DNA of 50,513 nucleotides from Thermoproteota archaeon (GCA_046732455.1 JBKPNF010000202.1:1-50513), one strand, 5' to 3'; counted from the stretch's first letter, positions 9,795 through 19,697 are shown. Notes: generated from the sequence alone by a model not told the origin. Numbers and translations: made by a program.

Positions 9795-10568
9795 TTACCT
9801 TGAACTAAGTCCATCCAAAATAAACGTGATCGCTACTGCCATGAGTATAATTCCTAGTAAACGTTGCAGTAGCACTTCCTTTGTGATGCGTGATAACCTT
9901 GCTCCTATCTGAGCGCCAACAAAGGCACCTGCGGACAGTGCAATTGCCTGAAGGTAATCAGGGTGTCCCAGAACCGAGTGTGTAAAGACACCAGCAATAG
10001 CAGTTATCATCAGTGACAATTGTGATGTCGGTGCTGCTCTATGCATTGTTAGGCCAAGGACAAGGAGCATAGCTGGCACAAATACTATTCCCCCTCCCAC
10101 ACCAAAGAGACTTGATATCACTCCCGCGCCAAATGAAGCAGCAAACACTGCAACCTGCAAGGGCAGCGAACGCCTTTTAGCTCGATGATCTTTTAGGACT
10201 GAGTTTTTGTATGAAATGTAAAGTCCAGTCAGTATTAGCAATATGCCAAAGTACAGTTTGAATGAATCTTCTTGTAGGTATTCAGACAGCATAGCTCCAA
10301 GAACAGCACCGGGAATTGCCGAGGCAGCCATTTGTAGGCCAAGGGTGTAGTCAATCCTCTTTTGCCTAGAATACTCTATAGTAGAGGATACACTTGTCGA
10401 CATAACGGCAATAAGGCTTGTGCTCGCTGCTTGTGTCGGCGGCAGATTCAAAAATGTAAGAGCCGGCACCATTATAATACCACCCCCGACTCCAAGCATA
10501 GAACCCAACGTTCCTGCTGCAAGCCCAACAGCTGCCAGGACTATTACAGTAGCGACTGGTTCTAGCAA
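9795..10568 (-). CDS. TauE/SafE (TSUP) family membrane transporter
   Basis: Duplicated G(V)GGG(I)..VP motifs; about 8 hydrophobic segments. Confidence 0.9.
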   Translation of the reverse strand: MLEPVATVIVLAAVGLAAGTLGSMLGVGGGIIMVPALTFLNLPPTQAASTSLIAVMSTSVSSTIEYSRQKRIDYTLGLQMAASAIPGAVLGAMLSEYLQEDSFKLYFGILLILTGLYISYKNSVLKDHRAKRRSLPLQVAVFAASFGAGVISSLFGVGGGIVFVPAMLLVLGLTMHRAAPTSQLSLMITAIAGVFTHSVLGHPDYLQAIALSAGAFVGAQIGARLSRITKEVLLQRLLGIILMAVAITFILDGLSSR

Positions 10569-11095
10569 TGACCCTGTATTCCTTGTATTTTCATTATTAT
10601 AACTGGAGGGTAAAAATCATTTGCAATGGTGCTATATTATTTCTAGTGAATTTCCGAAAATACTCCTTGAATCCCCATGACCGTATAGCTTAGAAGAATC
10701 TGAAGGACAAGATTATATCATGCCAGTAGAAAAGTTGGCAGAAGATGTTAGAAGCTCAATCTCGTGATGAAGACACATTGGTCTTTGGTCTTATATAGGC
10801 TACTAACCCGCTAGAATTAGTGTAGGTCATCGTCGAAAGGCAGTTCATAAGCACACAACCTCAAGGAAAAAACAAACATAGCCGATGTCTCAAGGCTTGT
10901 TTTATAGATTTGCTAATCATTTCTTGCATTATTCATTGTGGTTATTTAAGTAGTCCATCTTGCAACCTAGCACGTTATGAACAGGCTACAATGCCTTCCG
11001 TGTTCAGTAGTCATTTAAGATAGAAACCTCTGAGATCTCGGCCTGAAATTCATAGTTTTATTAACCCCATGCCATCTTAAACACCGGTATCTGGA

Positions 11096-12106
11096 TTGCG
11101 TGTAGTAATTGTGGGTTTCGGGGTGGTTGGGCAGAGTTTCGCGAAGCTACTTCTGTCTCGGTCTGCAGATTTATACACGCAGTACGGCATTAAACCCCGT
11201 ATAGTAGCCTGTGTCGACAACAAGGGCTCAGCGATAGCGCCAGCGGGTATGGATCTTTGGAGACTTCTAGAGGCAAAGAAAATCAAAGGGACAGTAGGTG
11301 GATATGACAAAGGTAGCGCCAAATTTGATCCGCTTCAAGTGATCGAGAACGTTGATGCTGAGGTAATGCTTGAATGCACTCCCACAAACCTCAATGACGG
11401 GGAACCAGCAACCTCTCATGTCACAGTGGCAATGAGAAGTCGCAAGCACGTGATCTGTGTCAACAAGGGTCCACTTGCCCTTGCATTTCCCTCACTTATC
11501 GAACTTGCCAACTACAATGGCGTAATGTTACGATTCAGCGGTACAGTTGGCGGCGGGACACCCATTCTGGAATTTGCGAAGCGTTGCCTAAAAGGGGATA
11601 GGATAATTTCATTTCACGGTATACTGAATGGCACGACAAATTACATTCTGAGCAAGATGGAAGAAGGGCGAACATATGAGACAGCAATGAAGGACGCCAA
11701 AGAAAAAGGCTATGCGGAAGCCAACCCGTCGCTTGACGTCGATGGCTTTGACGCGGCTGCAAAACTGGTTATCATGGCTAACTGGGTTATGGGAATGAAG
11801 GTAACAATGAAGAATATCAAATGCACTGGCATCACCAATTTAAGACTGTCGGATGTGAAAAATGCAGCTGCTCGGGGCAATGCAGTCAAGTTGTTAGCGG
11901 TCTGCGACAGCAGGCGGCTTCACGTGGCCCCCACAGAAGTTGCCAAGACAGATCCAATATGCGTCGACGGCACTTTGAACGCTGTTACATTTATGTCGGA
12001 GCATTCTGGACAGCAGACGATAATCGGGAGGGGTGCCGGAGGGATGGAGACTGCAAGTGCGATGTTGCGTGATCTGATAGAGATAAGAGATGCAACATTT
12101 AGCTGA
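11096..12106 (+). CDS. hom: Homoserine dehydrogenase
   Basis: GFGVVG, NKGPLA, GTVGGGTP, GILNGTTNYIL, GYAEANPSLDVDGFDAAAK, GAGGMETA. Confidence 0.96.
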   Translation: MRVVIVGFGVVGQSFAKLLLSRSADLYTQYGIKPRIVACVDNKGSAIAPAGMDLWRLLEAKKIKGTVGGYDKGSAKFDPLQVIENVDAEVMLECTPTNLNDGEPATSHVTVAMRSRKHVICVNKGPLALAFPSLIELANYNGVMLRFSGTVGGGTPILEFAKRCLKGDRIISFHGILNGTTNYILSKMEEGRTYETAMKDAKEKGYAEANPSLDVDGFDAAAKLVIMANWVMGMKVTMKNIKCTGITNLRLSDVKNAAARGNAVKLLAVCDSRRLHVAPTEVAKTDPICVDGTLNAVTFMSEHSGQQTIIGRGAGGMETASAMLRDLIEIRDATFS

Positions 12107-12418
12107 AGATTAGAATTATCTCTTTAGGGACGTCTGAAAAAAGACGGAATTCTTTTGTATCTTACCTGGAAAAATAGCATTCCGATAATTGAATCGATAG
12201 CAGAAGCCATAGAAAGACAAGAGAAATCCCCTAGCAGATCAAGGTCCTATATTCTAGCCTGTATGATTTACATGCAAGTTCATAAATAATTGGAACTGTT
12301 TTACGTGTATTCTAATCGCTTTTAGTCTCATTAGCATCACGGCACAGAATTGTTAGACCTAGATAACAAAAAAAGGTATAAATATTGCAACCGATGATGT
12401 AGATTCTATAGGGTTACA

Positions 12419-12574
12419 ATGCAAACATTAAGCAAAACAATCGAAAAAATGAAAGGAATTGCACATGGTGACTCCCTATGTATTGAGTGTCAACTCAAAC
12501 CTGCAGAGATATTCCAAGTCAACGGGGAGTACTGCCTGGAATGCTGGCAAGACATAACACATACCAATCCTTAG
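12419..12574 (+). CDS. 51-aa zinc-finger-like microprotein (not in ORF track)
   Basis: MQTLSKTIEKMKGIAHGDSLCIECQLKPAEIFQVNGEYCLECWQDITHTNP* has two CxxC. A-rich BRE plus TATAAATA at 12377-12384. Confidence 0.6.
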   Translation: MQTLSKTIEKMKGIAHGDSLCIECQLKPAEIFQVNGEYCLECWQDITHTNP

Positions 12575-12638
12575 CCCGTTGGAAGCAGGCAAACTGATTC
12601 CCCAACTTGGTGCATTAATGTAACAGATTAATTATCGT

Positions 12639-13136
12639 TTGTGCAGCGATATTGTGATCGCCCTGAAGATATTCTTATTATCGAAGAGTGCCACCGCGAA
12701 GCTTTTCAATTCTCTCACTTCTTCGTGGCCGCAAGATATTCTTCCAAAGGTTAAAAATATCAAGGTATACGAAATCGAGGCAGACAAGTGCCTCTTGGTT
12801 GCTGACAATATGGTTGCAGTACAAGTACGGGATATAATAGTGCCCTTCCTTGGCAAGCAGGAAGAGTTGAAGCGCTTTCCTTCAGTGACAATAGATAGGG
12901 GCGCACTGAAATTTGTTTGCAACGGTGCCAAGGTCATGCGACCAGGCATAGTAAATTTCGATTCTTTCAAAAAGGGAGAAATTGTAGCGGTAAAGGATCA
13001 GACGCATGAGAAAACAGTTGCTGTCGGACTTGCTCTTGAGGACAGTGACGTGGCAAAAGGAATGGCCAAAGGCTACATCATAGACACCGTTCACTATATT
13101 AGCGACAAGATCTGGCAAGCCTATAAGAAAATATAG
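12639..13136 (+). CDS. PUA-domain RNA-binding protein (MCT-1/Tma20-like); start uncertain
   Basis: VTIDRGALKFVCNGAKVMRPGI...AVG...HYISDKIW. Confidence 0.88.
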   Translation: MCSDIVIALKIFLLSKSATAKLFNSLTSSWPQDILPKVKNIKVYEIEADKCLLVADNMVAVQVRDIIVPFLGKQEELKRFPSVTIDRGALKFVCNGAKVMRPGIVNFDSFKKGEIVAVKDQTHEKTVAVGLALEDSDVAKGMAKGYIIDTVHYISDKIWQAYKKI

Positions 13137-13139
13137 GCA

Positions 13140-13742
13140 TTACGAAGCTTTTAGCGTTTCTTCCCTGTGGCCGCTTCTCGTCATATATAATATGTCGATG
13201 CCCTCTCCACTTGAAGTATCACGCTGGATCGCACCCCTAATGGCCCTAGTAGCCAATTCTCTAACTTTCTCTTCAGACATATTTGGCTTAAATTCTGCAT
13301 CCATGATACCAAGTGCCATTTCTGCTCCTGTGCCTACTGCAGCATATTCATCAGGCAGTACTGAACCGAGTGGGTCAAGGGTATAGATTTCAGCTTTTTC
13401 GTTGATACCCCCCACAATTACTTGAGTTAGTAGTGGAAAGTACCTTCTTTCAAACATAATAACAGACATTAACTTTGCTATAGAGTTTGGAGGAACCTCA
13501 CGTCTTGTCTCTAACCTGCGGATCTTGGCCAATGCCTCAACCTGTCTTACAAGTACCTGCATGTCGGCAACCATACCGGCACATGCAGCTCCAACGTGGT
13601 CAGTTACTGTAAATGTCTTTTTAATATTCTTGTTCACTACAAAGTTCCCAAACGAGACTCGCTTCTCTGCTGCTAGTAAAACACCTTCATTGTAGGATAT
13701 GCCCACTACTGTTGCGCCGGGCATGAATTCTGCAAACGCCAT
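13140..13742 (-). CDS. psmB: Proteasome subunit beta (probably the non-catalytic paralog)
   Basis: VLLAAEKR, GMVADMQ, DPLGS, AIQRD. The N-terminus is PGATVVG rather than G/TTT. Confidence 0.93.
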   Translation of the reverse strand: MAFAEFMPGATVVGISYNEGVLLAAEKRVSFGNFVVNKNIKKTFTVTDHVGAACAGMVADMQVLVRQVEALAKIRRLETRREVPPNSIAKLMSVIMFERRYFPLLTQVIVGGINEKAEIYTLDPLGSVLPDEYAAVGTGAEMALGIMDAEFKPNMSEEKVRELATRAIRGAIQRDTSSGEGIDILYMTRSGHREETLKAS

Positions 13743-13828
13743 ATGCGATGTACATCGCTGTTAAAGTTAGATTTAGTCGTTTCTATTAGAGAGACAAAGT
13801 AATTGCCAAAGCAAATGATCTTGTGTGG

Positions 13829-15460
13829 CTAACGCTTTATTACATTGGTGTCGTGTATCCTGATGGCTTCAGCCACAAGCCTATTTTGTAGCTCAAGCGC
13901 GTCTTTGCCTTCGGGGTGTTTCGCCTGCGCAACTGCCTCCGCAACAATGCTTATGACATGCCTCATAAGGAACTCGTCTCCTCTTGTCGCTTCTGCCGCA
14001 TACGTCGGATTAGCTTTATTTACGAACACGATATTCTCCGTGATAAAGCTGTATCGGGAATCACTTTCATCCTCATATGGGATCACTTTGTAACCTATCC
14101 TCTTGAGTGCAAATGTCTTCTTCAGTATAGGTTTGCGTATATTCCTTGTCTTAACCACAGTACCGTCAGCTTGTGTTTCATTCACCTCGTCTACAACCAA
14201 TCCTTCGGGTATGTTAGCTAGGTTGCCTGAAGAATGTGGTTGTGTGACGGTCCGTGATTGGATATCATCTGACTTGGAAATTGTTGAGCTTTCAGGGGGC
14301 AGCGAGCCGGTGTCGTCATAGTTTGCGATTCGGTGGTTGTCATCAGAATGCACTTTATGTACCTGGTTTTCATGTTCCTGATCGTGGGTACCCTTCACTC
14401 GTTCTTTTAGTTGCACCAGTTCATACCCCTGTACTTCCTCTTCGAGCTCTAGGTTTTCGAACATGGCTTGTCCAAGTATCTTGTCAATTTCACGATAGAT
14501 CCTAGATTCCTCCCGGGTGATTAGTACATCTTCGTATTCAGTCAGCCCCGGAATGACTCTATCAATGACGAATGTTTTCATAGTCTGATTGAATTTGGCA
14601 TATTCATTATCCTCGATGATTGCAGACTTGTCAGCGAACCTAGTAGTCAAGCTATCACATCTGACGAAGCCGGTTACACGGTTAAGCTTTGTATCAAAAC
14701 CAAAGTTGCTGCGCATCACGATATGGTTTCCGACCATTACAGCTATTCCACGCTCGTCGTCAGACAATGGTCTCCTAGCGATAATGATTTCGCCGGTTAG
14801 CCTGCCATTGTCAAGGTTGAAGGGTATCCTGTGGCCTTGAATTTCAGGGGCCTTTATAATCTGAGCCCCCTCAAAGTTCCACTCTTTGAATTTCTCGGCA
14901 GTTTTGATATATACTTCAAATAGTGGTTGCCTTAGCACCGCTAGTTTCCGGATCTCCTTCATTATCTTAAATATGTCGAGTTGAGTCTTGGCCCCTGTCA
15001 TAACGAGTTCTGTTCCGTCTCGCTTAAGCGGGGGCTCCTTTACGTCATCAAGCTTGGCATTGCCTACATACAGCTTTTCAAGTACACCTGCATTAATGGC
15101 AAGCGCTTTGTTGAAACTGCCGCGCCTTGTTCTTATTCTCATACTTTCAAATGATGTCAGGAATGATAATCTGCCCGTGCCATATCTGCCTGTTCTAATC
15201 CTTTTCAGCATAGGGGATATTGATTCGGTCCTTTTATGCGGGGATCCCAAAAGCAGAAACTTTTCCATCCCATTCTCATCCATACCTGCGTCATCTTCAA
15301 TAGCGATAGAACCGTTGCTTAGTACAGTGACGAGAACTCTTCTGGCGTCCTCATCAAAGGCATTCTCTACAAGCTCCTTTAGAATCTCTATTGGAGAGAC
15401 CCAGGTTTTAGTGGCAAATTCCTTGAAAAAGGACGGATGAACCTTCATTTGAGCAGGCAT
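13829..15460 (-). CDS. GHKL (HSP90/MutL/MORC-like) ATPase
   Basis: ELVENAFD (N box), IEDDAGM (G1), GRYGTG (G2), GTEL (G3). The TTAAATA TATA at about 15490-15496 favours ATG 15460 over 15499. Confidence 0.82.
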   Translation of the reverse strand: MPAQMKVHPSFFKEFATKTWVSPIEILKELVENAFDEDARRVLVTVLSNGSIAIEDDAGMDENGMEKFLLLGSPHKRTESISPMLKRIRTGRYGTGRLSFLTSFESMRIRTRRGSFNKALAINAGVLEKLYVGNAKLDDVKEPPLKRDGTELVMTGAKTQLDIFKIMKEIRKLAVLRQPLFEVYIKTAEKFKEWNFEGAQIIKAPEIQGHRIPFNLDNGRLTGEIIIARRPLSDDERGIAVMVGNHIVMRSNFGFDTKLNRVTGFVRCDSLTTRFADKSAIIEDNEYAKFNQTMKTFVIDRVIPGLTEYEDVLITREESRIYREIDKILGQAMFENLELEEEVQGYELVQLKERVKGTHDQEHENQVHKVHSDDNHRIANYDDTGSLPPESSTISKSDDIQSRTVTQPHSSGNLANIPEGLVVDEVNETQADGTVVKTRNIRKPILKKTFALKRIGYKVIPYEDESDSRYSFITENIVFVNKANPTYAAEATRGDEFLMRHVISIVAEAVAQAKHPEGKDALELQNRLVAEAIRIHDTNVIKR

Positions 15461-15828
15461 TTTTTCAAGAGCTGATACCCCCACACCTTTATTTAACACT
15501 TATCAAGGTATCTTTATCTTACATCAATTTATTCCGATATAATGAAATTGCATACATATGCATGCTTTCCCTGTTAATTTAATTAATAATTGCCGAACGA
15601 CTTGTAAACGTAAGAATTCATCCAGGTTCTAACTAGCGGGATTGTGTCAAGGCACTCTAATTGAAAATAATGCTTTTATTTTTTATCTGCTGTCATTTTG
15701 CTTTCCAGATCTCGCTCCTTCTTTTACACAGAGACATATATATATAAAATTCAAATAAACTATAGAGGGTAAAAAGTCTTCATTATTGCTCAGCAATCTA
15801 CATATTCCACTCTAAGTGCAGAAGAGTT

Positions 15829-15957
15829 ATGCAAAAGTGCAGTTGCGGCAGGGACTCGAGGTCATTTGAGGCTTGCACGCCTCTCGGTTGCGATACCTTT
15901 GTCGTGTGCAGCGGCTGCTTCAAGAACATCTTGGAATGCTCTTGTGAGACTACGTAG
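15829..15957 (+). CDS. 42-aa cysteine-rich microprotein (not in ORF track)
   Basis: MQKCSCGRDSRSFEACTPLGCDTFVVCSGCFKNILECSCETT* has 8 Cys; its stop overlaps the convergent aRF1 stop. Confidence 0.55.
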   Translation: MQKCSCGRDSRSFEACTPLGCDTFVVCSGCFKNILECSCETT

Positions 15958-17221
15958 GCTTGTAGCGTAAAACCGCCCCTATCTTGCCGAGGCTAGCAAG
16001 CTGCGATCCTTCCTCCGTCTTGCCAGAAATTACTTCAAGCCTGCTCCCTGTCTTTATGGCAAGCTCGTTTAGGTATTCGACTATGTCTTTGTCGATAACT
16101 TCAAGATCACCACCATGACATGACGGGCACTGCTTTGAAAGCCACTCCTGCTTCGTGGAAATGACCTGGGATCTGTCTGCTATTATTGTCTGAACATTCT
16201 TGCAGGCCTTGCACCTGATCTCCAGCTTGCTGTATGTGACATCATCTGTCACTATCACCAGATCTGCAATGCCGCTTTCCAATGCCTTGACCACATCATG
16301 AACACCATATATTCCAAGTCCTCGGCCGGAATGCACTTCGGTCATGAATTTTTTGATCAGCTGTTTTTCTTCCATTACACGGTATTCCTGCAAGATACCC
16401 TCTTTTTGGGCTTTTTCTATCAACTCGCGCACACCTTCTTCTCCAGAATAGGATGTATCAAGCGTTGCTATGACACTCTTTTGCAGTCGGTAGTCAAGGT
16501 ACTCTTCTTTCAAAAAATTCTCCTTTGTGGGCCCAGGGCCTCCTACTATTGAGCCCTTTATATTATATTGATCTAGAAAAACCTGTTTAGCATGTTCTGC
16601 TACTCTATGGTAATACTCATTCAACTCATTTTCTCTTAACCTTTCAAATCTTCTTGCCGACTGGCCACCTTGACGATGTTTGCCTGCTACCCCAGAGGTG
16701 AGCGAATCAATAACTTCCCAATGGTCTCCTGTAAGTATTCCTATGCCTGTCTCCTGAGTGTCGATTGATAGTATGCCAATGACCTTGTCATCTTTCATCA
16801 TCTCCTTCAGGTGATCAGTCCAAAAGTGATCGTCACATCGGTAAAGGCTGATCTGGACCGGCTTTGGGGGTAACACAGGATATATTTCAATTTTCTCTTT
16901 GCCAATTCCTTTGTCATTTGGTATGGCACCACAAAATATTATGAGTCCATTCTCAGGTGTTTCCTTGAATAATTTTAATTGCTCAATCGTTTTACTAAGT
17001 GCGTCTTGCACATGAGTTCTGGTAAGGTCTGACTTGATGTTTGAAGCAGTGCCGGCTTCATTGCGAAGCTGTGAAATAACGTCAAATACTGGCCGACGTG
17101 GTGGAATGTAAACAGTGACAAGTTCCGTTCCATGTCCGGATATACTTGACAGTTCATTTATCATCTTAGTCAACTTGTATCTCTTTACCGAATCCCAGTT
17201 GCTATTTCCATCGTTTGCCAT
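15950..17221 (-). CDS. prf1: Peptide chain release factor aRF1
   Basis: TASNIKS, YRCD, GKHRQGGQSARRFERLR; C-terminal CKAC/CPSC zinc ribbon. Start may be 17221 or 17254. Confidence 0.97.
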   Translation of the reverse strand: MANDGNSNWDSVKRYKLTKMINELSSISGHGTELVTVYIPPRRPVFDVISQLRNEAGTASNIKSDLTRTHVQDALSKTIEQLKLFKETPENGLIIFCGAIPNDKGIGKEKIEIYPVLPPKPVQISLYRCDDHFWTDHLKEMMKDDKVIGILSIDTQETGIGILTGDHWEVIDSLTSGVAGKHRQGGQSARRFERLRENELNEYYHRVAEHAKQVFLDQYNIKGSIVGGPGPTKENFLKEEYLDYRLQKSVIATLDTSYSGEEGVRELIEKAQKEGILQEYRVMEEKQLIKKFMTEVHSGRGLGIYGVHDVVKALESGIADLVIVTDDVTYSKLEIRCKACKNVQTIIADRSQVISTKQEWLSKQCPSCHGGDLEVIDKDIVEYLNELAIKTGSRLEVISGKTEEGSQLASLGKIGAVLRYKPT

Positions 17222-17323
17222 TGAGTACTGTGACAAGAAAAATTTTGTCCGCACATAATATAAGGCTTCAACTTCTTAGGTATCTTATAAGTGCGGGGGC
17301 TGGCAGAGTAGAGGGCGGAAAAG

Positions 17324-17878
17324 ATGCTACCTAGGCTCGAATACATCAAGCAGGCGAGATTGAGGCTTGGAATCACACAGAGAAAGCTGGCCACTTTGAC
17401 AGGCATCAGCACATCTATGGTAAATCAGATTGAGTCCGGAAGGTGCAAACCAAGCTATGAAACTGCTCGGAAGATCTTCGAAATCCTGAGCTCATTGGAA
17501 GGTAGCACCTCTATGAAAGCGGGCGATATTTGTAGTCACTCGCCAATTTCAGTGCAAAAGGATGAAAAGCTTCACAATGCAATAGATGTATTGCGTGTCA
17601 ACTCGATTAGCCAAATCCCAGTATTTGATTCGTCCCGTGTTGTAGGCATTTTGACAGAGGATGGACTTGCAAAGGTGATGCTAGAAAAGAATGAAAAGGA
17701 TCTCAGGAACATGCATGTTTCCGAGGCAATGGAGCCTCCGCCTCCGATAGTCGATGTCTCTACGCCGGCCAAAGCCCTTATTCCGCTTGTTAGGTTTGCC
17801 AAGTGTATCTTGGTTAGCGAAAAGGGTAATGTAATGGGGATTGTCACAACAACTGACACATTGAAAATGGTCGAGTAG
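17324..17878 (+). CDS. XRE-type HTH plus CBS-domain transcriptional regulator
   Basis: RLGITQRKLA...VNQIESGRCKPSY HTH followed by a CBS pair (ISQIPV, GIVT). Confidence 0.9.
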   Translation: MLPRLEYIKQARLRLGITQRKLATLTGISTSMVNQIESGRCKPSYETARKIFEILSSLEGSTSMKAGDICSHSPISVQKDEKLHNAIDVLRVNSISQIPVFDSSRVVGILTEDGLAKVMLEKNEKDLRNMHVSEAMEPPPPIVDVSTPAKALIPLVRFAKCILVSEKGNVMGIVTTTDTLKMVE

Positions 17879-17893
17879 AAAAATCCTTTATTG

Positions 17894-18013
17894 CTACAAC
17901 TTTTCAAGGCCCACGCAGCAGTCTGCACATTTTATACACTCGTTGCAAATGTTAATCTCACTGTCCACGGGAAGTGCAGTTTCGCACAAGGCGCATTGCT
18001 TTATCGACTGCAT
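17894..18013 (-). CDS. 39-aa cysteine-rich microprotein (not in ORF track)
   Basis: MQSIKQCALCETALPVDSEINICNECIKCADCCVGLEKL* has 7 Cys in CxxC...CxxCxxCxxCC spacing. Confidence 0.55.
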   Translation of the reverse strand: MQSIKQCALCETALPVDSEINICNECIKCADCCVGLEKL

Positions 18014-18485
18014 GTAAGCTAACCAACCTGCTATGGCTCAAAAGGCTATTTGAATCGTTCTCTCCGTGTATGTCCCATTTTCGGGAAGGATCTAAATTGA
18101 AGTACTTAGCTCATCGATAATGCCACATTAACTGCTCTGTGTTATTCTTGTAAAAAATGATATTCCCATCAAGTCCACAGGGGACGTCCTAATTCCCGTT
18201 CACTAGTACTAAAATCTACATTCGTTCAGGTCCATATTCAGTGATTTTTTGAAAAGGCCCCTCTGTAGATGTACTATAACCTATGACAACCCTAGGTTAA
18301 CTTCTAGTTGTAGGTACATACCCAGCATCTAGACCTAAGCCAAATGCCAGAAATCTTTCAGGATCGAGACAACTGGTTTTGAAATAACAATCACGCATCA
18401 TCATTAAGGAGCAATACGAATAGCGCCATTGTATGACTTCTTCAATTGATCAAAAGAAAAAACACGTCAACGGTTAGGCACAACA

Positions 18486-19541
18486 TCATTTAAATTCCTC
18501 CTCTAATATCTCACGCCTCTTGTTCATCTGAAATAGATTGTCAGCTCTCTTAATTGCTTCATCTCGAGATCGCCTGAATACCATCGATTGAATAAGCAGA
18601 TGGTTCTCCGGTATCACCATGCCCGTCTGGTCGTCAGAGTAAGCTATTTTAGCTGTATCTTCTTGAACTCTCAAAATATCGTGGTGAATATGCACCATGT
18701 TCGTATCGCCATGAGGAAATCCGAGTTCGAGTGCCTTTTTCCTGACATCTCCAGTACCCTTGGCGGAACCGATAATTGCGACTCCAAACTCGTTTCGGAA
18801 ACATTCTAGAATCTCATCTTTGGTCGGCATTACTTCGTCACTAAACCGAACAAACATGTGGTGTAAGTGCATCATCCTCGACGGTACCTTGAAAGCATCG
18901 ACATATAGGTTAGCATTTGGGATAAAGTCCTTGACATCGTCCTGATGGTGGGGATTCCTGTCCCATTCAATTGAGTCCTTGACGGCCTTTGTGTCCTCGA
19001 GGTCTGCCCACCTTCTCACAAGTTCAATATCAAAGCGTTTGATCCTATCGCCAAACTTTTGAATCAGTGGCTGCATTACCCTGCCCATGCCGGATACATT
19101 GCAGCTGCCTTGTATGACATACGTCTTGCCTGCAGCCCTGTCATAGTTCACGCGTGAGTTGTGAATCATGTCTGCTACAGCCCGATCGCCATTCCTTTCT
19201 TCCCCTCCCTGAAATATCGCAGGCTTATTCATAGGCTCATAGAGGTTCTTCTTATTATCATACCCCGCTCCTTCCTTTGCAGCATCTACCACTAAATCAC
19301 AATGCTCGACTGCCTCTTGAATTGAGCCTGTCACGTTATAGCCTTGTTCTTTGAAGCTACTGATTGCTTCCTTCGGCACGTATACATCGTAATGGTTTTC
19401 CAGTGCCTCCTTCACCTTCTCATCTATGCTATATTTTGCAACGCCAACCAATTGGATCTCTTTATCTACTGCTAGCGTGCTTGCAAGACGGCGCCCTATA
19501 TTTCCATAGCCATTAATGAAGACCCTAACCAAGACGACCAC
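18486..19541 (-). CDS. gap: Archaeal type II glyceraldehyde-3-phosphate dehydrogenase
   Basis: INGYGNIGRR, FQGGE, catalytic SCN, RRWAD, VIPEN. The start may be a few codons later. Confidence 0.92.
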   Translation of the reverse strand: MVVLVRVFINGYGNIGRRLASTLAVDKEIQLVGVAKYSIDEKVKEALENHYDVYVPKEAISSFKEQGYNVTGSIQEAVEHCDLVVDAAKEGAGYDNKKNLYEPMNKPAIFQGGEERNGDRAVADMIHNSRVNYDRAAGKTYVIQGSCNVSGMGRVMQPLIQKFGDRIKRFDIELVRRWADLEDTKAVKDSIEWDRNPHHQDDVKDFIPNANLYVDAFKVPSRMMHLHHMFVRFSDEVMPTKDEILECFRNEFGVAIIGSAKGTGDVRKKALELGFPHGDTNMVHIHHDILRVQEDTAKIAYSDDQTGMVIPENHLLIQSMVFRRSRDEAIKRADNLFQMNKRREILEEEFK

Positions 19542-19628
19542 TCGAGATTTATTGTGAGCATCAAGTAGTTTGCAGGCATTTTATAGTTTCCTAAACCTTT
19601 AGCAAATTTTTTAAAAAACGCAGTAGGC

Positions 19629-19635
19629 TTAAATA
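19629..19635 (+). promoter_or_regulatory. TATA box of the trpGD transcription unit
   Basis: TTAAATA begins 27 nt upstream of ATG 19656, the usual archaeal spacing for a leaderless start. Confidence 0.6.
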
Positions 19636-19655
19636 CGGTAAAAGCATCCACAATT

Positions 19656-19697
19656 ATGGAGACAATGCAAAGAGGCGGTCGCTTTTGGCACCTTTAA
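19656..19697 (+). CDS. Putative trp leader peptide (uORF) METMQRGGRFWHL
   Basis: ATG GAG ACA ATG CAA AGA GGC GGT CGC TTT TGG CAC CTT TAA; Trp codon at 19686-19688; ends 45 nt before trpG. Confidence 0.55.
   Translation: METMQRGGRFWHL

Noticed and set aside
14988-15440. Many 60-170 aa antisense or alternative-frame ORFs in the track (e.g. 14988..15440, 7857..8363, 5761..6138, 22108..22470)
   Set aside because: They are shadows of well-supported genes on the opposite strand and have no motifs of their own.
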